The notes below the pieces were generated by a model that did no database searches, was not told where the DNA came from, and was given only the letters and a program-made list of their open reading frames with translations. Made by a program: the position numbers and the translations under genes. From assembly GCA_964488715.1 (NCBI GenBank), contig CAZAVD010000001.1, positions 1 to 51,831 on the forward strand: a stretch of 51,831 nucleotides of DNA. Reading direction: 5' to 3'. This document shows positions 7,373-17,458 of this stretch, piece after piece; the first letter of the stretch is position 1; every line of letters starts with the position of its first letter. Source of the stretch: an uncultured Gammaproteobacteria bacterium (GTDB lineage Bacteria > Patescibacteriota > Patescibacteriia > UBA2196).

Positions 7373-10177
7373 TTAATTTAACATATTTTTTAAATATTTT
7401 CCAGTCCAGGATTTTTTAATTTTAGCAACATCTTGAGGTGTTCCTTGGGCAACAATTTCTCCGCCTTTATTTCCGCCGTCTGGACCTAAATCAATTATCC
7501 AATCAACATTTTTAATCACATCTAAATTATGTTCAATAATTAAAACAGAATTACCTTTATTAACTAATTTATGCAAAACTTTTAGCAATTTATTTATATC
7601 ATCAAAATGCAAACCAGTTGTTGGCTCATCTAAAATATATAAAGTTCTGCCTGTTGCTCGGCGTGCAAGTTCGGTTGCTAATTTAACGCGTTGAGCTTCA
7701 CCTCCCGACAAAGTTGTGGCTGATTGTCCTAATGAAATATACCCTAAGCCAACATCATTTAAAATATCCAGCTTATTTTTAATATTTGGTTGATCATTAA
7801 AAAATTCTAAAGCTTCTTCAACCGTAATTTCTAAAACATCTGAAATATTTTTTTCTTTATAATGAACATCTAAAATTTCTGGTTTAAATCTTTTTCCTTT
7901 GCAAGCACTACATTTAACATAAATGTCAGATAAAAAATTCATTTCAATTTTAATTAATCCATCACCTTGACATTCTTCGCATCTCCCACCCTTAACATTA
8001 AATGAAAAATTTCCAGGGTCCAGTCTTTTTATTTTAGCTTCAGGTGTATTTGTGAATAATTCACGAATAGCTGTAAAAACCCCAGTATAAGTTGCTGGAT
8101 TTGATCTTGGTGTACGTCCAATTGGGGATTGATCAATTGAAATAACTTTATCAATATTGTTTAATCCTGAAATTTCTTTATGAGCTCCTGGCAAATCTTT
8201 TGCATGGTGAAAATGTCTTGCTAAAGCTTTTGCTAAAATCTCAGTCATTAAAGTTGATTTTCCAGAACCAGATACTCCTGTGATGGCAACTAATTTGCTT
8301 AATGGAATTTTAACATCAATATTTTTCAAATTAAATTCGCTAGCTTTTTTAATAATTAGGGATTTATTAGAATTTTTATTTATTTTAGAAGCATTGTGGC
8401 TAATTTCTACAGATTTTTTGTTTGATAAATATTCACCAGTTAATGAATTTTTATCTTTTTTAATTTCACTTGGCGTGCCTTGAGAAAGAATTTCACCTCC
8501 ATATTTTCCTGCGCCTGGCCCCACATCAATTAAATAATCAGCTGATAGCATTGTTTGTTCATCATGCTCAACAACAATTACGCTATTTTCCAAATCACGC
8601 AGTTTTTTTAAAGTTTTTATTAAATGCTCATTATCTTTTGAGTGTAATCCAATTGATGGTTCATCTAAAACATAAATTACATTGCTTAATCCAGCTCCAA
8701 TTTGTGTTGCCAAACGAACTCTTTGAGATTCTCCGCCAGATAAAGTTTGGGCTCCACGACTTAAATTTAAATAACCTAAACCAACTTCATTTAATGACTT
8801 TAATCTGTCAGAAATTTCTCTAGTTATTTGAGAAGCAATTAGTTTTTCTTGAGAAGATAATTTTTTTAGACTTGAAAAAAAATCTAAACATTCTTTAATG
8901 GTCATTTCGCCTACTTCAGCAATATTTTTTTCAACAACAGTAACAGATAGAGCAGTTAAATTTAATTTTTTACCATCACATTCATCACAAGTTGTTGCTC
9001 GCATATATTTTTCAATTTCAGATTTAACATATTCTGAATTAGATTCTAAATATTTTTGTTTTAAGTTTGGAATTACGCCTTCAAAATATTTATCACCATT
9101 TAACAACACATCTAATTGTTTTTTATTAAAATCTTTAATAGCTGTATTTATACTAAAGCCATTAGCTTCACCTGATTTTTGGATTTTAGCCAATAAGCCA
9201 TCTAAACTGCGCGCCCCAGTACGCACCCAAGGTCTAACAGCTCCTTGGGCAACAGTTAATTTTTTATTAGGTATAACTAAGTTTGAATCAATTTTTTGTT
9301 TTACACCCAAGCCAGAGCAAGCAGCACAAGCGCCATAAGGAGAATTAAATGAAAAAAGTCTTGGTTCAATTTCTAACAAACTAAAATCACATTTTGGACA
9401 AGCTAAATTTTCTGAAAATAGTATTTCTTTTTTATTTTTAATATCAAAAACAATTACTAATCCGTTTGATAAATCAAGAGCTGTATTTATCAGATTATTA
9501 ATTTTTTTATCTGACTCAGATTCAGGATCTGAATTATTTAAACTACCAATTACAATATCCAGATTATGTTCTTTGTCTTTATCTAAATTTATATTTAAAG
9601 ATTCTTTGACTGGATAAAATTCATTGTCTAATCTAATTTGATCAAAATCTGCTTTATTAATTTCTTGTAAAACTTTTTTATGTTCACCTTTTTTATCTTT
9701 TATTAAAGGTGACAAAATAAGAATATTTTTATTTTTGCTAAATTTAAGAATTTTTTCAGTAATTTGTTCTTTGCTTTGTTTTGTAACTTTAGTTTTACAA
9801 TTAGGACAATGAGCTTTGCCAATGCGGGCAAAAAGCAAACGCAAAAAATCATAAATTTCAGTCATTGTCCCAACTGTTGATCTTGGGTTATATGAACCTG
9901 TTTTTTGATCAATTGCAATGGCAGGAGAAAGACCGTTTATTTGATCTACATCTGGCTTATCTTGCGGACCTAAAAATTGGCGAGCATAAGAAGATAAGCT
10001 TTCAACATATCTGCGTTGTCCTTCAGCATAAATTGTGTCAAAAGCTAAAGAAGATTTTCCAGAGCCTGAAATTCCAGTAATAACTACAAATTTATTTTTA
10101 GGAATATCTATGTTAATATTTTTTAAATTATTAACCCGTGCGCCTTGAATTGAAATTAAAGAATTTTTTTGATGCAT
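7373..10177 (-). CDS. uvrA: excinuclease ABC subunit A
   Basis: 934 aa. Two ABC ATPase modules ([23 protein letters not shown] signatures) and zinc-finger CxxC pairs. Confidence 0.95.
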   Translation of the reverse strand: MHQKNSLISIQGARVNNLKNINIDIPKNKFVVITGISGSGKSSLAFDTIYAEGQRRYVESLSSYARQFLGPQDKPDVDQINGLSPAIAIDQKTGSYNPRSTVGTMTEIYDFLRLLFARIGKAHCPNCKTKVTKQSKEQITEKILKFSKNKNILILSPLIKDKKGEHKKVLQEINKADFDQIRLDNEFYPVKESLNINLDKDKEHNLDIVIGSLNNSDPESESDKKINNLINTALDLSNGLVIVFDIKNKKEILFSENLACPKCDFSLLEIEPRLFSFNSPYGACAACSGLGVKQKIDSNLVIPNKKLTVAQGAVRPWVRTGARSLDGLLAKIQKSGEANGFSINTAIKDFNKKQLDVLLNGDKYFEGVIPNLKQKYLESNSEYVKSEIEKYMRATTCDECDGKKLNLTALSVTVVEKNIAEVGEMTIKECLDFFSSLKKLSSQEKLIASQITREISDRLKSLNEVGLGYLNLSRGAQTLSGGESQRVRLATQIGAGLSNVIYVLDEPSIGLHSKDNEHLIKTLKKLRDLENSVIVVEHDEQTMLSADYLIDVGPGAGKYGGEILSQGTPSEIKKDKNSLTGEYLSNKKSVEISHNASKINKNSNKSLIIKKASEFNLKNIDVKIPLSKLVAITGVSGSGKSTLMTEILAKALARHFHHAKDLPGAHKEISGLNNIDKVISIDQSPIGRTPRSNPATYTGVFTAIRELFTNTPEAKIKRLDPGNFSFNVKGGRCEECQGDGLIKIEMNFLSDIYVKCSACKGKRFKPEILDVHYKEKNISDVLEITVEEALEFFNDQPNIKNKLDILNDVGLGYISLGQSATTLSGGEAQRVKLATELARRATGRTLYILDEPTTGLHFDDINKLLKVLHKLVNKGNSVLIIEHNLDVIKNVDWIIDLGPDGGNKGGEIVAQGTPQDVAKIKKSWTGKYLKNMLN

Positions 10178-10279
10178 AAGATGTTTTTACTTAAAACTAT
10201 TATATATTATTTTTCATTTTTGGTCAAACCATTTGTTAATTATTTGACCAAAAGATTGTTTTCTGGCAAGATAAATGTA

Positions 10280-11770
10280 ATGGGAAAAAGAAATATTTTA
10301 ATTATAATCTTGTTAATTAGCTTGCTCCTAGGAGTTGGGGCTTTTTATTTTTACCTTAAAAATATAAAAGTAAGCCAAGACATTATTAATTTTGTGCCAG
10401 AAAATGCAATTTTTTATGCTGAATTAGATTTACAAAATCAGGAATTACAAAATTTTAATAAACAAAATTTTCGTGGTAAAACACGATTTGAATTATTATT
10501 AAAAAAGTCCAGTTTTTTTGGAAAATTATCAAAATATTTGATTGAAAAAAGCAATAAAATTTCTTTAGTAATAGTTGATATTAAAGATGATCCCGAGTAC
10601 TCGGGACATAAAATTTGGATTATAAACTCTAATAATATTCATGAATTGCATGCTTTAATGCCAAAAAATTTTAATGTTTCAATTTTAAATTCTAATACTA
10701 TTGCCTTGTCAGAAAACAAAGACGCATTAAGATTAATTAAAAAAATAAATCTGTCAGCTAGTGAAGAAGAAAATTCAAAACAAGCCATAGCTAGTGAATT
10801 GCATAAAAAAATTGCTAAAAACTTTTCTAATGATAATTTTTTAAATGTTTATTTAAATAACCAGTATTTACAAAATAAAATTAATTCATCTGATTTAATT
10901 TTTCCATTAATTTTAAATAATTTAAATTTAGATTTTAATGAGTCTGCGTTTTTAAATTTAAAAGCTGAAAATAATAAGATAATCTATAATTTTAATGCTT
11001 TGTCTAAAGATAAAACTCAAATTCTTGGGTCTAAAAAATTTAATTCCACAGAAAATTTGTTACAATTAGTTGATTTAGAAAACAAAAATAATTTTGCAGC
11101 ATTTTTTATGGCTGATTTAGAAAATGTTTTTGATTTTTTAACTTTAGAACAAAAAGAAATTTGGCAAAAAAAATATAATTTAGATTGGAAAAAAATTAAA
11201 AAAATCTTAAATAACTCAGGAATATTTATAATAGAACATAAAAATAACAAAATAGAGAGTAGAGATGTTTTGAATTTACAAAAATATAATTATGCTTTAA
11301 TAATTCCAACAGATTTAGAAACAAAAAAAGTTATTGAATATAAAGAAGAAATAAAACAGATTATAAAAAATATTTCAGCTTTTAAAAATCCAATTGAACA
11401 AATTAAAAAACTTCTTGATAATAGCAAGTCTATAGAATTAATTGCTGATCCTAAAAGCATTAAATTTATTTCTGAAAATGATTTAGAGATTTTAGATGTT
11501 GAAAACTTTAATTTTGCAATAACCATGCAAGATAGTAATATAATTTTAGGTAATAATAAAAACTTAATATTAGAAATTTTAAATAAACAAAATGGCTCCA
11601 CGCAGGAGCATGGAGCCAACATAAATTGTGATTTATTAACTGGAAGTGAAGCTTTAATTATGAATACTAATAAATTAACAAGTGGAATTTTAAGTTTTGT
11701 AGATAAATTAATATTAAATTTTGAACAAAAAGGAAAGAAGGTGAAGTTAGAAGGATGTCTTTTGTGGTAA
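10280..11770 (+). CDS. hypothetical membrane-anchored protein
   Basis: The ATG at 10280 is followed by a TM helix (ILIIILLISLLLGVGAFYFY). The rest is low-complexity and N/K-rich. Two palindromic elements lie in frame within it. Confidence 0.5.
   Translation: MGKRNILIIILLISLLLGVGAFYFYLKNIKVSQDIINFVPENAIFYAELDLQNQELQNFNKQNFRGKTRFELLLKKSSFFGKLSKYLIEKSNKISLVIVDIKDDPEYSGHKIWIINSNNIHELHALMPKNFNVSILNSNTIALSENKDALRLIKKINLSASEEENSKQAIASELHKKIAKNFSNDNFLNVYLNNQYLQNKINSSDLIFPLILNNLNLDFNESAFLNLKAENNKIIYNFNALSKDKTQILGSKKFNSTENLLQLVDLENKNNFAAFFMADLENVFDFLTLEQKEIWQKKYNLDWKKIKKILNNSGIFIIEHKNNKIESRDVLNLQKYNYALIIPTDLETKKVIEYKEEIKQIIKNISAFKNPIEQIKKLLDNSKSIELIADPKSIKFISENDLEILDVENFNFAITMQDSNIILGNNKNLILEILNKQNGSTQEHGANINCDLLTGSEALIMNTNKLTSGILSFVDKLILNFEQKGKKVKLEGCLLW
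10591..10606. repeat. 16-bp perfect palindrome TCCCGAGTACTCGGGA inside a CDS
   Basis: Related to TCCCGAGTTCTCGGGA at 5681..5696 and to the MITE terminus CTCGGGATGACA. Translated as DDPEYSGH. Confidence 0.7.
11591..11620. repeat. inverted copy of the 34-bp GGCTCC/GGAGCC hairpin repeat inside a CDS
   Basis: AATGGCTCCACGCAGGAGCATGGAGCCAAC is the reverse complement of GTTGGCTCC..GGAGCCATT. Translated as NGSTQEHGAN. Confidence 0.7.
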
Positions 11771-11781
11771 TTTTTTTATTC

Positions 11782-11941
11782 TGTCATTCCGACCGAAGTG
11801 AGCGATTAGAGAATTTTAGAGAAGCGAACGAAGTGGAGGAATCCCTTAAATATAGAAAAGGGATTTCTCAACAAGCTTGAAATGACAAAGTTTAAGAGAT
11901 CCCTCGGCTCCTAGTAACCCTGATTGTCGCTCGGGATGACA
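11782..11941. mobile_element. 160-bp MITE-like element, copy 2
   Basis: Same termini and core as 341..500. Lies between the 10280..11770 stop codon and the PIN gene start. Confidence 0.85.
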
Positions 11942-11953
11942 TAAAAAATAGTT

Positions 11954-12403
11954 ATGAAAATTATACTTGATACAAATGTTCTTATAGACGCAATAAATGA
12001 TGATTTTTCACATACTTGGAAAATCATTGATTTAGTTTTGCAAGGAAAAATTGAAGCAGTAGCTTCAGAAAAAATATTAAAAGAATATAAATTAATTATT
12101 CAACGCAATATTAAAAAAGAGCAAGACAAACAAAAACTCCAGGATTTTATAGCTCGAGTTGATGTAATAAATGTAAATAAAAAATTAAATATCATTCCAG
12201 ATGATCCTGAAGATGAAAAATTTGTTGAATGCGCAGTTGAAGCTAACGCAAATTATATTATTTCAAGTGACGCGCATTTATTAAATTTACAAGAATTCCA
12301 AAATATTCAAATTTTAAATCCTAAAGATTTTTGGTACAAATATTCTGGAGAAAATGAGAATGAAGATGAGTGGAAGGATGTGTTTCGTGGGATGTTTAAT
12401 TAA
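11954..12403 (+). CDS. PIN-domain toxin-like protein
   Basis: MKIILDTNVLIDAI start (first acidic PIN residue). Later acidic residues in DPEDEKFVECA and ISSD. Length 149 aa. Confidence 0.7.
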   Translation: MKIILDTNVLIDAINDDFSHTWKIIDLVLQGKIEAVASEKILKEYKLIIQRNIKKEQDKQKLQDFIARVDVINVNKKLNIIPDDPEDEKFVECAVEANANYIISSDAHLLNLQEFQNIQILNPKDFWYKYSGENENEDEWKDVFRGMFN

Positions 12404-12404
12404 T

Positions 12405-13931
12405 TTACTCCATCTTGGCCCTATATTGCAATGCCTCTGCAACATGAGGTGTTTTTATGTGATCGTCATTGGCAAGGTCAGCAATAGTGCGAGCGATTTT
12501 TAAGATGCGGTGATAACTTCGTGCTGACAAATGTAATTGTTGAACCGCATTTTTAAGAAGATCTTGAGTTTGAGAATTAATTTTACAAAATTCTCTAATA
12601 TCTTTAGCATTCATTTCTGAATTAGTTGTAATTTTCAAATTTTTAAACCTATTATTCTGTACAGCTCTGGCTTTTTCAACACGGTCGCGAACTTGCGCAG
12701 AACTTTCACCACTAATCTCAGAAGTTAATTTTTCAAATTTAACTCTAGGTACTTCAATATGCAAATCAATGCGATCTAATAATGGACCAGAAATCTTTTT
12801 TTGATATTTTAAAATTTGTCCTGGATGACAAATACATTCTCTATCAGGATCTGAATAATACCCACATGGACATGGATTTTGAGATGCAATTAAAGTAAAA
12901 CTAGCTGGAAAAGTGACAGTGCCTTGAGCGCGTGAAACTGTAACAACGCCGTCTTCTAATGGCTGTCGTAAATTTTCTAAAACTAATCGTGGAAATTCTG
13001 GAAATTCATCTAAAAACAAAATACCTTTATGACCTAAACTTATCTCACCTGGTTTGGGAAAAGTTCCTCCACCAACTAAAGCTACCCCAGAAGATGTGTG
13101 GTGTGGACTACGAAATGGTCGTTCCAAAATTAAGGGTTTATCTTTAGGCAATTTTCCAGCTACTGAATAAATTTTAGTTACTTCTAAAATCTCATCTTGT
13201 GTCATTCTTGGTAAAATTGTAGATACTGCACGAGCAAGCATTGTTTTTCCAGAACCTGGTGGTCCAGAAAAAAGCACATTATGCCCACCACTAGCTGCAA
13301 TTTCTAAAGCTCGTTTGGCATGTTCTTGTCCTTTAACATGCGCCAGATCAACATCAAAATCTAAACTTGGTTTAAATTTTTCAGAATCTTTGTTTATATA
13401 AGCTGGAATTTTCTTCTGTTCTGTTAAGTGCAAATGCAAATCAGTTAATGAATTAACTGGTATAATTTCCAAATTATCAACCAGACTTGCTTCAACAGCA
13501 TTATCAGTTGGTAAATAAATGCGGGATAATTTTTTCTGTTTTGCCATTATAGCAATTGGCAAAATTCCAGTTACTGGTCGCAACTCTCCTTGTAAAGAAA
13601 GCTCGCCCAAATAAAGTGCATTGCGATTTTCTTCTTTTGGATCAATCAAGCCAGCTCTAATCAACAAACTTAATGCAATTGGCAAGTCATAAGCTGGTCC
13701 AGCTTTACGAATATCAGCTGGGGCTAAATTAACTACAATTTTTTTTCGTGGAAAATAAAGATCAGAATTTTTAATTGCTGACCAAACGCGTTCACGAGAT
13801 TCTTGAACTGCTGTGTCTGGTAAGCCAACAATAATAAAAGCGCCGCCTTTACCGCCGCCTAAATCAGATTCAACTTCAACAAGTTGTGAATCTAAACCAA
13901 TTGTTGCTGCAGATAATACTTTTGTATTCAT
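12405..13931 (-). CDS. comM: YifB/ComM family Mg-chelatase-like AAA ATPase
   Basis: 508 aa. Lon-like N-terminal domain, Walker A GPPGSGKT, FLDEFPEF, and C-terminal SARSYHRILKIARTIADL. Confidence 0.9.
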   Translation of the reverse strand: MNTKVLSAATIGLDSQLVEVESDLGGGKGGAFIIVGLPDTAVQESRERVWSAIKNSDLYFPRKKIVVNLAPADIRKAGPAYDLPIALSLLIRAGLIDPKEENRNALYLGELSLQGELRPVTGILPIAIMAKQKKLSRIYLPTDNAVEASLVDNLEIIPVNSLTDLHLHLTEQKKIPAYINKDSEKFKPSLDFDVDLAHVKGQEHAKRALEIAASGGHNVLFSGPPGSGKTMLARAVSTILPRMTQDEILEVTKIYSVAGKLPKDKPLILERPFRSPHHTSSGVALVGGGTFPKPGEISLGHKGILFLDEFPEFPRLVLENLRQPLEDGVVTVSRAQGTVTFPASFTLIASQNPCPCGYYSDPDRECICHPGQILKYQKKISGPLLDRIDLHIEVPRVKFEKLTSEISGESSAQVRDRVEKARAVQNNRFKNLKITTNSEMNAKDIREFCKINSQTQDLLKNAVQQLHLSARSYHRILKIARTIADLANDDHIKTPHVAEALQYRAKME

Positions 13932-14028
13932 AAATTTATTATAGCATAAATCTGGCTGACCCCAAGTTGTATCTTGAACTAACAGAGAAATATTGCTAAA
14001 ATTAAGTTATGCAAATAAAAACACTTTA

Positions 14029-14057
14029 TTGACAAATGATATTATTTGTCATATACT
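14029..14057 (+). promoter_or_regulatory. TTGACA-17-TATACT promoter overlapping a palindromic operator
   Basis: TTGACA at 14029..14034 and TATACT at 14052..14057. The inverted repeat TGACAAAT-GATATT-ATTTGTCA spans the -35 box and the spacer. Confidence 0.6.
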
Positions 14058-14063
14058 AAAATT

Positions 14064-14354
14064 ATGAAATATTTTGACTGGAATAATCAAAAAAATGAAC
14101 AATTAAAAGAGGAACGAGATATTAGTTTTGAAGATTGCGTGATAGTTATTGAAGAAGGTAAAATTTTAGATATTATTGAGCATCAAAATAAAGAGAAATA
14201 TCTTAATCAAAAGATTTTTGTTGTTAATATTAATAATTACGCCTATCTAATACCTTTTATTGAAGATGAAGAAAAGATTTTTCTAAAGACAATTATTCCT
14301 AGTCGCAAAGCAACAAAAAAATATATTTTAAGAATTAAAAATCTTGAAGAATAA
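14064..14354 (+). CDS. brnT: BrnT-like (DUF497) toxin
   Basis: FDWNNQKNEQLKEERDISFEDCV...IIPSRKATKKY matches the BrnT pattern (F.WD..K...N...HG.sFeea...SaR.at..E). ATG at 14064. Confidence 0.6.
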   Translation: MKYFDWNNQKNEQLKEERDISFEDCVIVIEEGKILDIIEHQNKEKYLNQKIFVVNINNYAYLIPFIEDEEKIFLKTIIPSRKATKKYILRIKNLEE

Positions 14355-14377
14355 TTCAGGGTTTAAGTAAAAAACAC

Positions 14378-14650
14378 ATGAAATATTTTAATCTTGATAA
14401 AGAAGAAAAAATGATCCTTCAAGAACTTGATGAGGGTAATTTTGTTGTTCTTGATAAAAAAGAAAAAGAGAAATATATAAAATATGCTAAAGCGACTTTG
14501 GCTAAGGCTAGAAACATAAATATTAGATTATCAGAAAAAGATTTACAAAAAACTAAAGAAAAAGCCGCTGATCAAGGAATTCCTTATCAAACTTTAATAT
14601 CTTCTATTATCCATCAATATGTTGGCGGAAAAGTAAAAATGGGAAGATAA
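14378..14650 (+). CDS. brnA: BrnA-like antitoxin (CopG/RHH C-terminus)
   Basis: 90 aa immediately after brnT. INIRLSEKDLQKTKEKAADQGIPYQTLISSIIHQY is the typical BrnA ribbon-helix-helix end. Confidence 0.6.
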   Translation: MKYFNLDKEEKMILQELDEGNFVVLDKKEKEKYIKYAKATLAKARNINIRLSEKDLQKTKEKAADQGIPYQTLISSIIHQYVGGKVKMGR

Positions 14651-14655
14651 AATTT

Positions 14656-15450
14656 ATGAATTATACAAAAGAAAAAAAATTTGCAATAAAAATTGCTAAA
14701 AAAGCTGGGCAAGAATTATTAAAATATTTTGCTAAAATTGATAGTATTAAGATTAGCAAAAAATCAAAGCATGAAGTTGTGACTCCTGCAGATTTAGCTG
14801 CTAATAAGATTATTGTTTCAGAAATTAAAAAACAATTCCCTGATCATGGAATTTTATCAGAAGAAACTGGATTTTATCAAAAAAATTCTGATTATTTATG
14901 GATAATTGATCCTTTAGATGGTACAACAAATTTTTCAATTGGAAATCATTTTTTTAATACATCTATTGCCTTGGTTTATAAAAATGAAATTGTTTTAGGT
15001 GTAACTTGGGCACCATTTTTTAAACAATTATTTGTAGCTGAAAAAAACAAAGGCGCGTATTTAAATAATAAAAAAATTAGTATATCAAATAATAAAAAAC
15101 CAATAAATTCAATGATTGATTTTGGATATACATATAAAAATGACAAAATAAATAAACAAATGGCTGACATGCATGCTAAGTTTTTATTAAATTTTGAGCA
15201 TGCACATAATTTAGGTGCAGCTGCGCTTGAATTGGCGTGGGTAGCAATGGGTCGGCTTGAAGCATATGTTTTGCCGCATTCCAAACCTTGGGATATTGCT
15301 GCAGGAATTTTAATGATTCAAGAGTCTGGTGGTAAAGCAACTGATTTTAAAAATAAAGAATATAAATTTAATTTAAATGAAAAAGGCAATTTAATTGCAT
15401 CTAATGGAAAAATTCATGATAAGTTAGTTAAGATTTTAAAAAAGTGGTAA
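14656..15450 (+). CDS. inositol monophosphatase family protein
   Basis: Motifs EE(T)G, WIIDPLDGTTNF and WDIAAG. Length 264 aa. Confidence 0.85.
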   Translation: MNYTKEKKFAIKIAKKAGQELLKYFAKIDSIKISKKSKHEVVTPADLAANKIIVSEIKKQFPDHGILSEETGFYQKNSDYLWIIDPLDGTTNFSIGNHFFNTSIALVYKNEIVLGVTWAPFFKQLFVAEKNKGAYLNNKKISISNNKKPINSMIDFGYTYKNDKINKQMADMHAKFLLNFEHAHNLGAAALELAWVAMGRLEAYVLPHSKPWDIAAGILMIQESGGKATDFKNKEYKFNLNEKGNLIASNGKIHDKLVKILKKW

Positions 15451-15457
15451 ACTTTTA

Positions 15458-15592
15458 TGTCATTCCGACCGAAGTGAGCGTTTAGGGAATTTTAGGGAAG
15501 CGAACGAAGTGGAGGAATCTCTTAAACTTTGCTATTCCACGATTAAGAGATCCCTCGGCTCCTAGCGACCCTAGTTGACGCTCGGGATGACA
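15458..15592. mobile_element. MITE-like element, copy 3 (135 bp, internal deletion)
   Basis: Same TGTCATTCCGACCGAAGTGAGCG...CGCTCGGGATGACA termini, with a shorter centre. Confidence 0.8.
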
Positions 15593-15613
15593 AAGAAAAA
15601 AATAATAAAATAA

Positions 15614-15642
15614 TTGACCAGTACATAATAATATGCTAAAAT
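15614..15642 (+). promoter_or_regulatory. candidate promoter TTGACC-17-TAAAAT for the tRNA-Pro/Gly pair
   Basis: TTGACC at 15614..15619 and TAAAAT at 15637..15642, 16 nt upstream of tRNA-Pro. Confidence 0.45.
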
Positions 15643-15657
15643 GATAGAATAAAATAA

Positions 15658-15734
15658 CGGGCTGTGGCCTAATTGGCTAAGGCACTTGCTTTGGGAGCAA
15701 GGGATTGCGAGTTCGAGTCTCGCCAGCCCGACCA
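15658..15734 (+). tRNA. tRNA-Pro (anticodon GGG), CCA encoded
   Basis: Acceptor CGGGCTG/CAGCCCG. Anticodon loop TTGGGAG. T-arm GCGAG-TTCGAGT-CTCGC. Confidence 0.85.
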
Positions 15735-15735
15735 T

Positions 15736-15810
15736 GCGGGTATCGTATAAAGGCTATTATCCCAGGTTTCCAACCTGTAGATGGGGGTTCGATTCCCCCT
15801 ACCCGCTCCA
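15736..15810 (+). tRNA. tRNA-Gly (anticodon TCC), CCA encoded
   Basis: Acceptor GCGGGTA/TACCCGC. Anticodon loop TTTCCAA. T-arm GGGGG-TTCGATT-CCCCC. The D-stem is weak. Confidence 0.8.
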
Positions 15811-17430
15811 TCGTGAAAAAGCAGTCGCAAAACGGCTGTTTTTTCGTTTTCCTAAAGCATATTCTTTAAATTTCTGTGGTTCCAACATGGCTTTTTTAAT
15901 CTCTTTGTCTTCCACCCCTTTCTTGATTATTAAATAAGCTGGTTCGGGCTCTATTGTTAATATTCCGTCTTTTAACAAAAAGTTCTGACCAAACGCTCTT
16001 AATATTTGAGTTTTGGTTTCAAAATTACCTTTATCAAAACTATGTTTTGCATAGGTGGCAAAATGAAATGTCTTTTCTGACTTCTCTACCCATTCATCGA
16101 CACGCATTTCAATTTCTCTCAAGTCTCCTTCGATCCTTTTCTTTTCCGCCATCAGTATATTTTTTTGCTCTTTGAATTCTTTCTCGTCCATTAAATCTTG
16201 ATTTGTGTTTTCAGGTGAGATATAAAGTTTAATCAAATTATCAATTCTTTTTAAACAGCCATTAAAACTTTCTTGTTGATTTTTAAGTATTTGATTTCTA
16301 TCATTCTCTTCGATTTCATTTTCTTCTCTTAATAATTGTAAGGTAAATTCTAGAAATTCAGGTGGTATGGTTATGCTATCTAACTTTTCCATAACCTGTT
16401 TTTTTAATTCCTCATGACGAATTGTTTTCTGTGTGCAGTTTGTGTTCTTCTTGCGGTGGGTGCAATTATGATAGAGATAGCTACGCAATTCTCCAGTTGA
16501 TTTGATTTTCTTAAACTTTTCCTGTGAGGTAATCATTGCTCCGCATTCGCCACATCTAATAATCCCATTAAAAGGCAATCTTTTATTTTTTGGTCTTGGT
16601 TTACCTTTCTTGCCTAATATCTTTTGTGCAGTATCAAATTCTTGAGCAGTTATCATTGGTTTATGTTTGCCTTGATGTATTTCCCCCTCCCACATAAATT
16701 CTCCATAATAAAAAGGATTGGTAAATATTTTATAACCCACACTTAAGCTTAATTTGTCACTTGGGTGTCGTTTGGTATCAGGTGTTCTTAGTCCCCACTC
16801 ATCATTTGCCATTTCAACAATTTGTTTAACTGAATAATTGTCGGTTAAAAGGTGGTCCCACATTTTTCTTACTAAGCCAAACCTTTCTTGATCAACAAAT
16901 ATTTTCTTTTCTCCTTTCTCTCCCAGCTTGTCATTGGTGTAACCAATAGGAGCTCTGCCAGGTCGCCAACCTTTTTTAACTTTTGAATTAATACCCCTCT
17001 TAACATCTTTACTGAGATCTAAAATAAATTGATTGGCTACTCCCAATTCGACTGCCATCATTAGAACATTATCAGTCGGCAGATACTCTTTAGACGGTGT
17101 GATAATTGATTTAATAATTCCTTGCTGTAAAAGCCACTGAATTTTACCCCCGTCAATTGGGTTTCTTGATAAGCGGTTAATTTTCCAGCAAATAATTCCA
17201 TCTGCTTCGCCTCGTTCTATCATTTTTATCATTTCATCAAACATTGGTCTCCCTGGTTTTTTTGCCGATTTTGATTCACTAAATGTTTTTATTACATTTA
17301 AATTATTTTGATTTATTATTCTCTCATGTTCTTTGTGTTGATCCTCATTAGACTGAATTTGCCGATCTTCGCTATCGGTTGATTTTCTATTATATTCTAG
17401 GTAGCGTAAATTGTTTTGTTCTTTTTTCAT
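15799..17430 (-). CDS. large serine recombinase (integrase)
   Basis: 543 aa. Resolvase catalytic region YNRKSTDSEDRQ, a recombinase domain, a zinc ribbon (CGECGAMITS...YYHC) and a coiled-coil C-terminus. The last codons overlap the tRNA-Gly 3' end. Confidence 0.85.
   Translation of the reverse strand: MKKEQNNLRYLEYNRKSTDSEDRQIQSNEDQHKEHERIINQNNLNVIKTFSESKSAKKPGRPMFDEMIKMIERGEADGIICWKINRLSRNPIDGGKIQWLLQQGIIKSIITPSKEYLPTDNVLMMAVELGVANQFILDLSKDVKRGINSKVKKGWRPGRAPIGYTNDKLGEKGEKKIFVDQERFGLVRKMWDHLLTDNYSVKQIVEMANDEWGLRTPDTKRHPSDKLSLSVGYKIFTNPFYYGEFMWEGEIHQGKHKPMITAQEFDTAQKILGKKGKPRPKNKRLPFNGIIRCGECGAMITSQEKFKKIKSTGELRSYLYHNCTHRKKNTNCTQKTIRHEELKKQVMEKLDSITIPPEFLEFTLQLLREENEIEENDRNQILKNQQESFNGCLKRIDNLIKLYISPENTNQDLMDEKEFKEQKNILMAEKKRIEGDLREIEMRVDEWVEKSEKTFHFATYAKHSFDKGNFETKTQILRAFGQNFLLKDGILTIEPEPAYLIIKKGVEDKEIKKAMLEPQKFKEYALGKRKNSRFATAFSRWSG
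15821..15844 (+). terminator. terminator of the tRNA pair
   Basis: CAGTCG-CAAAA-CGGCTG followed by TTTTTT. It lies inside the 3' tail of the antisense recombinase ORF. Confidence 0.55.
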
Positions 17431-17458
17431 ATATTTATAAAACTAAAAGGACGGTCTG

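Noticed and set aside
8280-10080. Plus-strand ORFs inside uvrA (8280..8483, 8470..8823, 8898..9338, 9865..10080)
   Set aside because: They are antisense to a well-supported 934-aa uvrA. The translations have no motifs and a hydrophobic, low-complexity character.
15686-15937. ORF 15686..15937(+)
   Set aside because: Lies across tRNA-Pro, tRNA-Gly and their terminator.
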